Source of the DNA: a virus
Taxonomy: Duplodnaviria; Caudoviricetes
Direction: 5' to 3' (one strand)
Length of the DNA: 64,000 nucleotides
Virus record (IMG/VR): IMGVR_UViG_3300028175_000001
Numbering within the stretch: position 1 is the first letter of the stretch; each line of letters starts with the position of its first letter. Shown here in pieces: positions 38,701 through 48,740 of this stretch. Below the pieces are notes generated by a model. That model was not told the origin of the DNA. It saw only the letters and a list, made by a program, of their open reading frames with translations, and searched no databases. Position numbers and translations under genes: made by a program.

Positions 38701-40803
38701 ATGTCTCGTAAACCCCACAATTATGTACATTTTAAAGCACTTGTTAATGAGCTTAAAGAACAGAACGAACATAACTTCGCTAGTTTTCAAACTCATTTAG
38801 AAATACATACTGATGTATTACAGAGTATGAAAGGGATCATACTCAAAGGGGTACAACAAAAAAATGCAATTTTGAAAGAAAAAAATGAAATAACAATTAA
38901 TAATAAAGAGACAAAAATTGATAACCCTAAACCTTCCCTATCAGAGAAGAACAGTGAAGGTATGTCTAACTTGGCAAATGTTTTATCTACTAAACCTTCC
39001 CTATCAGAGAAGAACAGTGAAGGTATGTCTAACTTGGCAAATGTTTTATCTACTACACTTCTGAATACAGCAGTACGGCTAAAAGAACAACTAAATGTAT
39101 TAAATAAGCTGTTTGGATTTTTACAAAGCAAAGACAAAGATGATTTAAGAAGAGATAAAGAGGATCGACTCGAAGTCATTGGCAAAAAAAATAGCATATT
39201 TAAGAATGATAAAACAAAACCCTCCGGAAAAGGATTCATGAGAATGTTGGGAAATTTTTTATCTACTGCACTTATAGGAATACCTGGAGGATTAAGAAAG
39301 TTTTTACCAGCAACACTGGGTCTAGCATTAATTCCCAAATTAGCAAAAGGCATCGCTTTAATGGTCGCAGGCCCCGCATTAATTAAAGCATTAGAAGCAG
39401 GATTTGATCAAAAAACTTTTAGTGGTGGTGTTACATCATTTATAGATACATATTTTGCTCCTGGTGGAAAAGGCTATACATCTTTAGCAATGGCCGCGTC
39501 AGGGGGGGCTGGAAAAGCGGCTATAGTTGGATTTGGATTATTAGGACCAAGAGGAGCGGTGATTGCTGGAGTACTCGGAGGAGCATTATCTGGACTAAAT
39601 CATATTTTTGCAGAAGATAAATCAAAAATGAATTCCAAAAACGTAATGACTAAAGTAAAAGAACACTTGATGGAGAATATAGGACTATATGCTGGTGGTG
39701 GTATGGCATTGATGGGTGCGAGATGGGGAGCAAAAGGAGGTCCTGCGGGAATGATAGCTGGAGCAATTCTTGGAGCAGGTATCGGGATAATAGGAGCAGG
39801 CACTATCAAAGAAATGATGAAAGTAGAAGAAGCAGGAGAAAAAGATGTTGGTAAAGCATTCAAACAAGGCTTAAAAAATTATCTCATGAGTAACGAATTC
39901 GATGGTTCGGCTCTGCCATGGGCGGGGGGATTTTTTGGTGCGGCGGCATTTTCTGGTTTTGGTCCTGCAGGAATGATTGCTGGTATGATATTGGGAGCTG
40001 GTGCTGGAATAATAGGAGGACCCGTTTTAGCAGAAGCATTGAAAGCTCAAAAAGGAGAAGGAGGAAGTCTTGCGGGTCACATGAAAACTCAATTATGGAA
40101 ATATTTGCAAAACAGTACATATCTAAAACACGCTTTATTGGGGGCTGGACTTTTTGGAGGAACCGCAATGCTCGGACTTGGACCAGTAGGATTAGTTGCA
40201 GGTATTGTAATAGGAGGTGCTATAGGAATTATTGCAACATGGGTAGGAAAAGCACTAGAAGATATTATAGGTACAACTGGAGCTAATTCTGTAATGGGCA
40301 AACTCTTTGGGAAAGAAACATCCGGACTGTCCAACAAATATAAGAAGATGCGGGATGCACAGGATGCAGATGAAGAGAATGCATCGACTCATACACTAGG
40401 ACTTTTGAGGGCTGACCCTAAAAGTGGTGTGGGACAGAATGCAAAAAAACTTCTAAAAGCATATGCTATTGCCGCCAAAGAACTGGGTGTTGGAATGGGC
40501 AAATACGATGCATCTGCCGCCGTTCTGGCTTCGAAAAGAGTAAGTACTGGTTTTGTCGGAAAGGTTTCGGGTTCAGACACAGATACTACAAATAAAGAAG
40601 AAGCACAATTTTTACGATTAAATTTTCAGAGGAAAAAAATACTTGAACTGGAAAGAGAAAGAAACGAATCCTTAAAAGTTGGACAGCCTGCTGGGACAAC
40701 GAATATCTACAACGATTCAAGTATGAAACTGAATACAAATGTAACGGCAGACCGTTCATTTACAGGATTCCCTCCGGGCCTATTAGATACCGGGATACAG
40801 TGA
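38701..40803 (+). CDS. Tape-measure-like protein at the gp29 position
   Basis: Follows the tail chaperones; helical N-terminus and repeated Gly/Ala-rich hydrophobic segments (GPAGMIAGAILGAGIG, GPAGMIAGMILGAGAG, GPVGLVAGIVIGGAIG). Confidence 0.65.
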   Translation: MSRKPHNYVHFKALVNELKEQNEHNFASFQTHLEIHTDVLQSMKGIILKGVQQKNAILKEKNEITINNKETKIDNPKPSLSEKNSEGMSNLANVLSTKPSLSEKNSEGMSNLANVLSTTLLNTAVRLKEQLNVLNKLFGFLQSKDKDDLRRDKEDRLEVIGKKNSIFKNDKTKPSGKGFMRMLGNFLSTALIGIPGGLRKFLPATLGLALIPKLAKGIALMVAGPALIKALEAGFDQKTFSGGVTSFIDTYFAPGGKGYTSLAMAASGGAGKAAIVGFGLLGPRGAVIAGVLGGALSGLNHIFAEDKSKMNSKNVMTKVKEHLMENIGLYAGGGMALMGARWGAKGGPAGMIAGAILGAGIGIIGAGTIKEMMKVEEAGEKDVGKAFKQGLKNYLMSNEFDGSALPWAGGFFGAAAFSGFGPAGMIAGMILGAGAGIIGGPVLAEALKAQKGEGGSLAGHMKTQLWKYLQNSTYLKHALLGAGLFGGTAMLGLGPVGLVAGIVIGGAIGIIATWVGKALEDIIGTTGANSVMGKLFGKETSGLSNKYKKMRDAQDADEENASTHTLGLLRADPKSGVGQNAKKLLKAYAIAAKELGVGMGKYDASAAVLASKRVSTGFVGKVSGSDTDTTNKEEAQFLRLNFQRKKILELERERNESLKVGQPAGTTNIYNDSSMKLNTNVTADRSFTGFPPGLLDTGIQ
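38928..39053 (+). repeat. Perfect 63-bp in-frame tandem duplication (KPSLSEKNSEGMSNLANVLST x2)
   Basis: Identical copies start at 38928 and 38991. Confidence 0.95.
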
Positions 40804-40847
40804 TTTTGAGTTTGTTCAATAATGTCAATCAAAGAACAAACTCAAAA
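40804..40847. terminator. Inverted repeat between convergent genes, probable bidirectional terminator
   Basis: Perfect 14-bp arms TTTTGAGTTTGTTC (40804-40817) and GAACAAACTCAAAA (40834-40847) with a 16-nt loop. Confidence 0.7.
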
Positions 40848-40853
40848 CTATAA

Positions 40854-41741
40854 TTAATTATCTTCTGCTAATTTAGCAAAATAAGACATATCCTCTTCCT
40901 CTTCAGATGATGATTCATTGTTCGTTGGAGGAGTAAAAGGTTCTTCCGCAGTTTTTGGTTTAGATACAGGAGTACGTACCTCAGGAAGATTAGTTTCTAC
41001 TATAAGAACATTATCCAATCTCGCTTTCAAATCTTCAAAAGATTTAAATTGATCATCTGCAGTAAACTCTGTAAGAGCATACTCTGATTGCCAAATTTTT
41101 TCAAGTTCAGTTTCATCTTCTACGAGTTGTGTGCTTTTATCAAATTCGCTCTTATCGTAATTCCGATAACCTTCAACTTGTCGAATCTTTAATTTAAAAT
41201 TCGCCCCTTCCCAGAGATCAAAGGGATTTACAGGAGATTCATCTTCAAATTCTGGATTCATCACATCATTAATCTTATCAAAAATCTTTTTCCCAAATTT
41301 ATACAAAAAGACTTTTCCCTCGTTCTGAGGATTCTTTGAATCAGCAACAACATAAATGTTACTAATATAAGTTAATCGGCGCTTTTGCTTACGAGCAATA
41401 TCTTTGTTCGCCTCTATTCCAGAATTCCAAAGTTGAGAATTATACTCTGAAACAGGATCTTTCTTACCAAGAGTTGTCAAAGAGTTTTCAATGTACCATT
41501 GTCCTGTAGGTCCTTGAAAACCATGATTGAAGACTCTTGCCCATGGAACATCCTCTCCATCTACTGGGGGAAGAAATCGAATAACAGCAAATCCGTTTCC
41601 AGACTTGTCGATTTCAGGTTTCCAGAATCGATCATCGACATAACTCTTTGATTCAGAAGGAGTGTCGATCTTCTCGATTTCTTTGTGAAGATTTTGCATG
41701 AAGGATGCACGGGATTTTTTTAGTGCGGATAGTGTAGCCAT
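40854..41741 (-). CDS. gp32: Single-stranded DNA-binding protein
   Basis: DDRFWKPEIDKSGNGFAVIRFLP, GPTGQWYIENSLTTLG, YKFGKKIFDKI, NYDKSEF, YFAKLAED. Confidence 0.97.
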   Translation of the reverse strand: MATLSALKKSRASFMQNLHKEIEKIDTPSESKSYVDDRFWKPEIDKSGNGFAVIRFLPPVDGEDVPWARVFNHGFQGPTGQWYIENSLTTLGKKDPVSEYNSQLWNSGIEANKDIARKQKRRLTYISNIYVVADSKNPQNEGKVFLYKFGKKIFDKINDVMNPEFEDESPVNPFDLWEGANFKLKIRQVEGYRNYDKSEFDKSTQLVEDETELEKIWQSEYALTEFTADDQFKSFEDLKARLDNVLIVETNLPEVRTPVSKPKTAEEPFTPPTNNESSSEEEEDMSYFAKLAEDN

Positions 41742-41776
41742 ATTTACCTTTCGTATATCGGAATATTCGTTGTATA

Positions 41777-42367
41777 TTAAATTTTGTCTCGTAAAATCTT
41801 ACGAAACTTCGTCTTATCCACCTCCAAAAATGGAGTGTATTTCAAAACTCTATCTCTAAACTGAGGCCAGACAAAAGTTTCTTTTATCTTTTGATCCCAG
41901 TCAGGAACAAAGTTAAGTATCATATTAAGTATAGAAAAAGTTTCCATACAAATATATTTAGCAAGTGCTTGTTTCAGTAATAAAGGATGTTGACCTTTTT
42001 TAATTTTGAACCAATTTTCAAAATTTTCTTTGATCAACAATTTATCAATATCATTACTAAAAATATAACTCATGCTTTGTATTCTTTTTTGCCATTCTTT
42101 ATATTTAAATTCTGCTTGCGAATCAAGCGCATCGCCTATCCACAAATTTTCATTATCAATAAAGTTTGCAACAAAGAATTTTGATATCTCATCATCTTTA
42201 TAACTTTTTGACAATTTCACAAAAAAGATTTGATCATTGCGCTTTTTAAAAGCATTAAATGAGATTTTTCTTTTTTTATGTTTAAAATAATCATACTTTT
42301 TGGCGTGAAAATGAGTTTTGATTGAAACATATTCTTTATAGCAATCAAACGGATCCATTTTTATCAT
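41777..42367 (-). CDS. gp59: Helicase loader
   Basis: YVSIKTHFHAKKYDYFK, FKKRNDQIFFVKLS, FFVANF; synteny with gp32/gp33. Confidence 0.88.
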   Translation of the reverse strand: MIKMDPFDCYKEYVSIKTHFHAKKYDYFKHKKRKISFNAFKKRNDQIFFVKLSKSYKDDEISKFFVANFIDNENLWIGDALDSQAEFKYKEWQKRIQSMSYIFSNDIDKLLIKENFENWFKIKKGQHPLLLKQALAKYICMETFSILNMILNFVPDWDQKIKETFVWPQFRDRVLKYTPFLEVDKTKFRKILRDKI

Positions 42368-42588
42368 AGCCCCAATATCGTAGTAGTTTTTGGGAGATAA
42401 TGCAATGCAGTTACTTCTTCTCTTAATTTAGCTTTCAACGGCCCCTGAACAAGTTTTCCAATTGTCTGAGGTTCCATCTGAGTTTCTTCACAATAATGAC
42501 ATATTGCATCCCAATACGTCATTTTTTTACTACTAACAATATTTTCTATAATAATCGTAAAATCTAAAACTTTTAGTGTTTTAATCAT
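42364..42588 (-). CDS. gp33: Late-transcription coactivator
   Basis: IENIVSSKKMTYWDAICHYCEE...LKAKLREE. Confidence 0.85.
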   Translation of the reverse strand: MIKTLKVLDFTIIIENIVSSKKMTYWDAICHYCEETQMEPQTIGKLVQGPLKAKLREEVTALHYLPKTTTILGL

Positions 42589-45500
42589 TGTTCTCTATCG
42601 TATGTATTGTTTGTTCAATCGCTCCATAAACTTCTTCTGGTGAAATGTTTTTAGAGCATTCAAACATTCTATCAGTATTTTTATGATCCGGACACCATGA
42701 CCAATCACTAGGATCAAATTTATGTCGATTATAGCAACTATTGCAGACATCATTATTATGGAGTCTAACACATTTTGAATAAAATTCTGATTTAGGATTA
42801 CTAAATCCCGATATTAATATTACATGTTTATTTAAAGCCCATGCTAACCACGATAATCCAGACCCTAATCCAATAAAAAATTCAGCACCATCTAAAGTTG
42901 CTATTGTTTGATCTAAAGATCGATCATGTCTACCTATTGCATTTTTAGGTACTACATTAAAATATTCTCCTTGACCAAAAGAAGGATGTTTATCTATACA
43001 TACTACATTATAACCCTTTTCGGATAAAAAGTCAACCACTTTATCCCATCCACCCAAATAATTCCAATATTTCGCCTGAGCAGTTGATTGAGTACCAATA
43101 CATACATAAGGTTTTTCCAATTCTGTTTCTGTTTCTTTAACTTTTATTTTGCACCTGGTTTCTTTAAAATCTTTAATCCCAAGTATACCTGCACACAAAT
43201 TTTGCAAAGAAACGTCTTTCATGTCCACGGGAGACTGTGGACTGAGTTCAAAAAACCCTATTCTATAAGAAGATACAAAATCATTAAACCCAGATTCAGG
43301 AACTATAAAAGAAGTTTCAGGATATGATTCTACCAAATAATCATTCCAAAATGTACTACAATACATTTTACATTTATGCTTTTTACGAAATTCTTCAACG
43401 ACCGGCATCCACGCTAAAGTATCTCCCAATGCTACTGTATCAAACCACACAAAAACATTCTTATTTGTAAAATCTTGTTCATACTCAAAGTCTATATTTC
43501 CTGTTTCGATATTTATAGCTTCAACTCGCCAATTTACATAATAATCAAGACCACAAGCAACCCATCCCCCAGTAGAAATATCATTCGAATAATGAATTGC
43601 ATGAGTATCATTATCAATAAAATTAATTTTATACTCCGCAGGAATAGACCCCTTAACAGACAAATAGGGATTTTTTTGCATATTTAATTCAAAAATATTT
43701 TTCCCTGATATAGGCGTATTCTGATATGCGAACATTAATCGTTCTTTCATATCAAAGGGTTTAGAATATTTCAACTCTTTTGCTTCATAATAATATTTTT
43801 CCAATTCATCAAAAATCTTTTCCCAATCTCGTTCTCTAGCAAATTCTCTTGCAAGTTTTGAATGTTCATCATAATTATCTAAAACAGTTTTAACTTTTTC
43901 AGCAATGATATCAACATTTCTTGTACATATCGTTAAACCCTTTACGTATATGTCATCTTGTAGTGTTCCCACCACAGGTAAACCACAAGCCATTGCTTCA
44001 AGCACGGCCAAACAGGGTTGACCCGTTTCTAAAGAGGCCGGATGAATCAATACATGATGTTCATTTAATAAATCCCGTAATTCGTTTTTTTCTACATTAC
44101 CAACAAGAGTTATATCAATATGTCCTTTACATTCTTCTACAATATCATAAAATTTCTTATTATAATCTAAATGTATTGAATCTGGACCAACAATTGTTAT
44201 AGGAAGTCCTAATTTTTTTGCCGCTTGAATTGCTAAATGAAAACCCTTTCTATCATCGCCCCCGCCCACGCAAATTAATCGTATATTTTTTCTGTTTTCA
44301 TTAGGAAAGAAAAAATTTGTATCTACCCCATGATGAAGTCTTCTTAATTTTTCTGGATATAAAAAATAATCTATCATATCTTCAGTTGGTATTAAACTGA
44401 ACAAAGAATTTTTTATAGTTTCATTATTTGTCATATAATAATGAGAGTTTTTTCCATGTATCTTAACAAAAGCATCATGCATCGTAAAAATATAAGGTAT
44501 GCATCTATCTTTCAGCAAATCGTAAAACCCACCAGTATGATTATGAAACACATCATATTTTTCTAAATCATTTTGTGTTACATCATCTAACCATTTTAAA
44601 CTTACTTCATGCCCTCTACTTCGAGCAATTCTCATATATTGATAAATCACTTCTTCTAATCCCCCATATCCTTTGGGGGGAATGTCAAGACCACATCCAA
44701 CATGTATTTGCATTATTTTTAAATGATCTTCATGGACTTTTTCTTTTTCTTTTTCTAATGTATCACGCACCTGTATATTTTGTGTAGACAAAATAATTTC
44801 AGGAATTTCTATTATTCGATGACTATTAGAAATAAGATGGATTCGATTGTCTTGAGAATACCAAAAAACATTTCTATTATCTGCCGTAATAACGTCTTTT
44901 ATGTTTTCAATATTGTTAGACGGTATACGATTGTTTTCATGTAAATGCGTATTATCTGAAAAAAAACTTAATTCATGATTCGATACAGGTAATTTAGATA
45001 TAATATTTGATATTGTTATTGGAGTATCATTTAAATTTATTTTAACAAAAAAATAAGAAATGTTTTTCAGGTACTTATCAAAAACTATGTCATGATCGAA
45101 AAACAGATGTCTTACTTTTGATGTTTGTTCTTGATTATAATCAAAATTCAAAAAACTTACATGTTTTCTTTCTGTTTCATAATTTAATTTACTTAAATAA
45201 GTAGATTCTGCTAAATCATAGATATCATCAAAATACTTAATATTTCTAGGATATTCTAAAATGAAATTCTTTCTTTCTTCCTTTTCGTTTATAACTAATT
45301 GTGCTTCGCCACGAGGATTCCAATTTCTAAAATTTTCAGATTCTCCGTGTTCTCTTGCAAGATACGTTGTTCTGGGTATAGTCAACCATTTTCCATATCT
45401 CTCTAAATTCAATAACCATTGACCATCATTTGATAAACAAATATCACTGTCTTTGTGTTCAGGAAAACGTAATGCTGGTAGATTTTTAAATATTCTTAAA

Positions 45501-46000
45501 TATCCAAAAATATTTGATCGCTGAGGCCATAACTTTTCAAATCCTTCTAAAAAAGAGTTATTGTCTCTTGACATATACACGTTGTCTTTAAAATTATCAA
45601 AAATATTATTTGAATTTTTAGGCAAAACATCATGATATTTGTTTGCATTAAAATGGAGCAATACAGCTTCTGGAAACAAGTTAAAATAATGAATTATTTT
45701 TTCAAAAGTTCTCGGTAAAATTATATCATCAGCATCTAAATGACATACAATGTCGCCAACAGCGGGGATTTGGGGATTCCACCATATTTCTTTCTTGTGT
45801 TTGGGCTCGACGATTCTTATTCTACTATCTGTTCTTTTTAATTTTTCCATTACCGAACGGGTGTTATCAACAGAAAAATCATCAACAAGAATCCACTCCC
45901 AATGATCATAATTTTGATAAAAAACCGAACCCGCTAATTCATCTAAATAAAATTCAGCATTATAACAGGAAGTCACAAGTGATAATTTAAAATTCTTCAT
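42581..46000 (-). CDS. Tri-domain glycosyltransferase: GT2 + GT4 + Aah/TibC-type O-heptosyltransferase
   Basis: GT2: SLVTSCYN...LVDDFSVD...HLDADD. GT4: PPKGYGGLE...HPASLETGQPCLAVLEAMACGLPVVG. Heptosyltransferase: FDTVALGDTLAWMP, CIGTQSTAQAKYWN, EFFIGLGSGLSWLAWA, CNSC...WCP...EC. Confidence 0.85.
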   Translation of the reverse strand: MKNFKLSLVTSCYNAEFYLDELAGSVFYQNYDHWEWILVDDFSVDNTRSVMEKLKRTDSRIRIVEPKHKKEIWWNPQIPAVGDIVCHLDADDIILPRTFEKIIHYFNLFPEAVLLHFNANKYHDVLPKNSNNIFDNFKDNVYMSRDNNSFLEGFEKLWPQRSNIFGYLRIFKNLPALRFPEHKDSDICLSNDGQWLLNLERYGKWLTIPRTTYLAREHGESENFRNWNPRGEAQLVINEKEERKNFILEYPRNIKYFDDIYDLAESTYLSKLNYETERKHVSFLNFDYNQEQTSKVRHLFFDHDIVFDKYLKNISYFFVKINLNDTPITISNIISKLPVSNHELSFFSDNTHLHENNRIPSNNIENIKDVITADNRNVFWYSQDNRIHLISNSHRIIEIPEIILSTQNIQVRDTLEKEKEKVHEDHLKIMQIHVGCGLDIPPKGYGGLEEVIYQYMRIARSRGHEVSLKWLDDVTQNDLEKYDVFHNHTGGFYDLLKDRCIPYIFTMHDAFVKIHGKNSHYYMTNNETIKNSLFSLIPTEDMIDYFLYPEKLRRLHHGVDTNFFFPNENRKNIRLICVGGGDDRKGFHLAIQAAKKLGLPITIVGPDSIHLDYNKKFYDIVEECKGHIDITLVGNVEKNELRDLLNEHHVLIHPASLETGQPCLAVLEAMACGLPVVGTLQDDIYVKGLTICTRNVDIIAEKVKTVLDNYDEHSKLAREFARERDWEKIFDELEKYYYEAKELKYSKPFDMKERLMFAYQNTPISGKNIFELNMQKNPYLSVKGSIPAEYKINFIDNDTHAIHYSNDISTGGWVACGLDYYVNWRVEAINIETGNIDFEYEQDFTNKNVFVWFDTVALGDTLAWMPVVEEFRKKHKCKMYCSTFWNDYLVESYPETSFIVPESGFNDFVSSYRIGFFELSPQSPVDMKDVSLQNLCAGILGIKDFKETRCKIKVKETETELEKPYVCIGTQSTAQAKYWNYLGGWDKVVDFLSEKGYNVVCIDKHPSFGQGEYFNVVPKNAIGRHDRSLDQTIATLDGAEFFIGLGSGLSWLAWALNKHVILISGFSNPKSEFYSKCVRLHNNDVCNSCYNRHKFDPSDWSWCPDHKNTDRMFECSKNISPEEVYGAIEQTIHTIENND

Positions 46001-48650
46001 GGGTTGTCTCTATATCTTCATTATGTAATAAAGTAGTCCCATCCTTAAAAGAATTATCTAAATATGACTCTCCAGAACATTGAATTGAGATTGGCGATTT
46101 AACTATACCACATTTCTTATCATTAAAAATATTATTATTTAACCATAAATCATAAGTATCCCATTTTGCAGTTTTCAATTGTTTTTTAAAATAAGTTCTT
46201 CTAGTTTCGTCTGTGGAAAGTAAATAACAATGCGCTTCAGACATTCTATCTGTTACACCGAAAAATTCATAATTTTCATGTTCCCAATCAGGAATTCTTT
46301 TTCCGAAAGACATATAATATAAATTATGCTGATTCATATCATCTAACCGGTCCATAATTGATCTATGAACTTCGTGTACTGGTTTTATAAAAATAGCATC
46401 ACATTCACAAAATAAAACGGCATCAAAGTCTTCATTTAAATGTTCATTTATAGCAGATTTGTGAGCAGAAAAATTACCATAATGAGCAGGTGTTAATTTA
46501 TATTCGCCCGATTTCATTTGCACATCATTTGGTCTAGCACATGTTTTTTTCGGGGGAAAATTTTCATATAAAGGATTCACCATTTGCACATATGACCAAT
46601 CTGAATATTCAGATAATTTTTTAAGATGTGTTATTGATTTTTTTTCTCTTTCTGAATCCACATCAACAAGCATATGAACTATTTTTATTTTTGGACGTCT
46701 TATTGCCCACAAATTACCCAATTCGCCATTAGTTGTTACTTGAGAATCAGCAATAACTTGATATCCCAAACTTTCTAATCTCGTTATAAAATTAGTTGCA
46801 TGAAGTTTCATTTCACCCTCAACACCAAACGGATGTGCTTCCATAGAAAGTTTTCTCAATTTATATTTAAAAAAATCATCATGAATCACTGGTAATATGT
46901 CCCATTCTGCCCCTTCACAATCCAATTTTAACGCATCTATTCTATCAATACTATTATTTTTCATAAATTGTTCAAACGTAACACAATCAACAATTTCTTT
47001 TTTTATTACTCCCTGATTTTCTGTATTCTTTGCGCTATTATTAAAATTATCATAAAAAGAATTACATGAACTGGATCCAATAGTAATAAATTCTCTACTG
47101 TTATTATCAAAAGAAATTGCTAAATTGTGTTTTTCAATATTTCTATATTCTCCCAAATTTTTACATAAAATATCAAATGTTGTTTTAGTGGGTTCAATTG
47201 TGTGAATATGCGAAACTCCTTGATTTAAAGCATACATATCAAAAAAACCATAATGACCACCAATATCAATTACAGTATCCCCTTCTGTCAAATTTAATTT
47301 TTTATAATACTGTAATATCAAAGTTTCATAAAAAGTATACCAGGAAGAAGGATCGTCCGCTATTCCATGAAAATGTTTATTTTTTCCGAGAATTTTAATA
47401 TCAACTTCTGATTTAAGTGGAAATGTTTTTTCATATAAAAGATGATGATTATCTAACAAATTCACATCACTTAAATTAGAATAATAATCTTTAGGAGCAT
47501 CAAATATCTTTACTATAAACCCGTTAACTACATCTTTTCCGCAATGCGGCTGACACCACATTGAGTTTGTTAAAATGTGTGATCTATAGGCTAATAACCC
47601 AGTATCTATTTCATATAAGCACAACAATTTCTCATGAAAACATTCATATAAGCTTAAAAAATGAAAAGTTATTTTGGTATCTTCAATCGAACAACTTACA
47701 AGACGATCACTAATGTTCAGTAGTCTAGACATTTTAATTAAATTAATATTCAAATCATCAGAAAGCCAAGTAACTTTTTCGTCATATTTGTCAATATAAG
47801 TGTCAAGTTTATGTGCTAATACAGGTATATTCCAAGACAAAGCTTCTTTCACAACTAATGGATTCGTTTCTTTATCAAAACTAGTTCCCTTAGACGTAAA
47901 TAAAAATAAATCCATACATGAATAAAATTTTTCTACATCAGACCTTTCCCCCCAAACTATACAATTATCGGGCAAGTTTTTTGTTAAAGGTTCCCAATAT
48001 TCTTTAAAGTTTTCCGCAAGATTCCCTACAAAATGAAATTGTACGTCAGGCAAAAGTTTAGCGTATTCAATAATTTCCACTTGATTTTTTCTTGATGTCC
48101 ATAATCCAACATTTAATACATGTTTCAATGCAGGATCAACACCTAATTCTCTCAATGCAACATCTCTTTCTTTTTCTGATGTTTTTTTATCGACGGGATA
48201 CTCTATAACACATGCAGGAACATCTATTGATCTAAATTTTATTAGTTGATTATCACTACAAAATAAAAATTTATCTGGAAAAAATTTCTTTGACGAAGGA
48301 TCGAAGGAAGAATCATGAGATGTTTCAAAAATCAAATAATTTCTATTTTTCTTATAAATTTTTTCAGCTATTTTATCATCCACGAAAAATTCAGGCATTT
48401 CTTCAAAATGAATAATGTCGGGTTTTATTTTATCTAAATATGTTAAAATATCAGATTTATCATCGGACAAAGTTATTAACTGATCATTTAGAATGTTTAA
48501 TATTTTATCTTTTTGAACTCTATAAGACCCATAATCATTATACTCTATTACATAAATATCATTATCATTGTATAATAATTCGATTTTTTTAAGAAGATAT
48601 TGGGGGGCTCCGCCCGTAGATAAATGAGGAGTAATATATAAAATTTTCAT
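45987..48650 (-). CDS. Multi-domain protein: GT4 + FkbM-family methyltransferase + GT25-like domain
   Basis: MKILYITPHLSTGGAPQYL...NPLVVKEALSW; VIDIGGHYGFF...IDALKLDCEGAEWDIL; HYGNFSAH...LFCECDA. Confidence 0.8.
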   Translation of the reverse strand: MKILYITPHLSTGGAPQYLLKKIELLYNDNDIYVIEYNDYGSYRVQKDKILNILNDQLITLSDDKSDILTYLDKIKPDIIHFEEMPEFFVDDKIAEKIYKKNRNYLIFETSHDSSFDPSSKKFFPDKFLFCSDNQLIKFRSIDVPACVIEYPVDKKTSEKERDVALRELGVDPALKHVLNVGLWTSRKNQVEIIEYAKLLPDVQFHFVGNLAENFKEYWEPLTKNLPDNCIVWGERSDVEKFYSCMDLFLFTSKGTSFDKETNPLVVKEALSWNIPVLAHKLDTYIDKYDEKVTWLSDDLNINLIKMSRLLNISDRLVSCSIEDTKITFHFLSLYECFHEKLLCLYEIDTGLLAYRSHILTNSMWCQPHCGKDVVNGFIVKIFDAPKDYYSNLSDVNLLDNHHLLYEKTFPLKSEVDIKILGKNKHFHGIADDPSSWYTFYETLILQYYKKLNLTEGDTVIDIGGHYGFFDMYALNQGVSHIHTIEPTKTTFDILCKNLGEYRNIEKHNLAISFDNNSREFITIGSSSCNSFYDNFNNSAKNTENQGVIKKEIVDCVTFEQFMKNNSIDRIDALKLDCEGAEWDILPVIHDDFFKYKLRKLSMEAHPFGVEGEMKLHATNFITRLESLGYQVIADSQVTTNGELGNLWAIRRPKIKIVHMLVDVDSEREKKSITHLKKLSEYSDWSYVQMVNPLYENFPPKKTCARPNDVQMKSGEYKLTPAHYGNFSAHKSAINEHLNEDFDAVLFCECDAIFIKPVHEVHRSIMDRLDDMNQHNLYYMSFGKRIPDWEHENYEFFGVTDRMSEAHCYLLSTDETRRTYFKKQLKTAKWDTYDLWLNNNIFNDKKCGIVKSPISIQCSGESYLDNSFKDGTTLLHNEDIETTHEEF

Positions 48651-48669
48651 AAACGATTTTAATTATTAA

Positions 48670-48688
48670 CTAAATATAAATATAAATA
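48670..48688 (+). promoter_or_regulatory. Three overlapping late-promoter motifs (CTAAATA, TATAAATA x2)
   Basis: CTAAATATAAATATAAATA upstream of the + strand ORF at 48741. Confidence 0.65.
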
Positions 48689-48701
48689 ACAACTATTATA
48701 T

Positions 48702-48730
48702 AGTTTACACTATTTTGAACTTTTTGTCAA
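48702..48730 (-). promoter_or_regulatory. Sigma70-type promoter TTGACA-N17-TAAACT
   Basis: -35 TTGACA at 48730-48725, 17-nt spacer, -10 TAAACT at 48707-48702; points into the 887-aa GT gene. Confidence 0.6.
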
Positions 48731-48740
48731 TGGATTAATT

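Noticed and set aside
38793-40580. Antisense ORFs up to 186 aa over the tape-measure gene
   Set aside because: Shadow ORFs from Gly/Ala codon bias, with no motifs or start signals.
41742-41776. gp32 leader with a weak ATAC(A)ACGAA repeat as a possible autoregulatory site
   Set aside because: T4 gp32 autoregulation is known, but this leader is short and I cannot support a pseudoknot or operator from the sequence.
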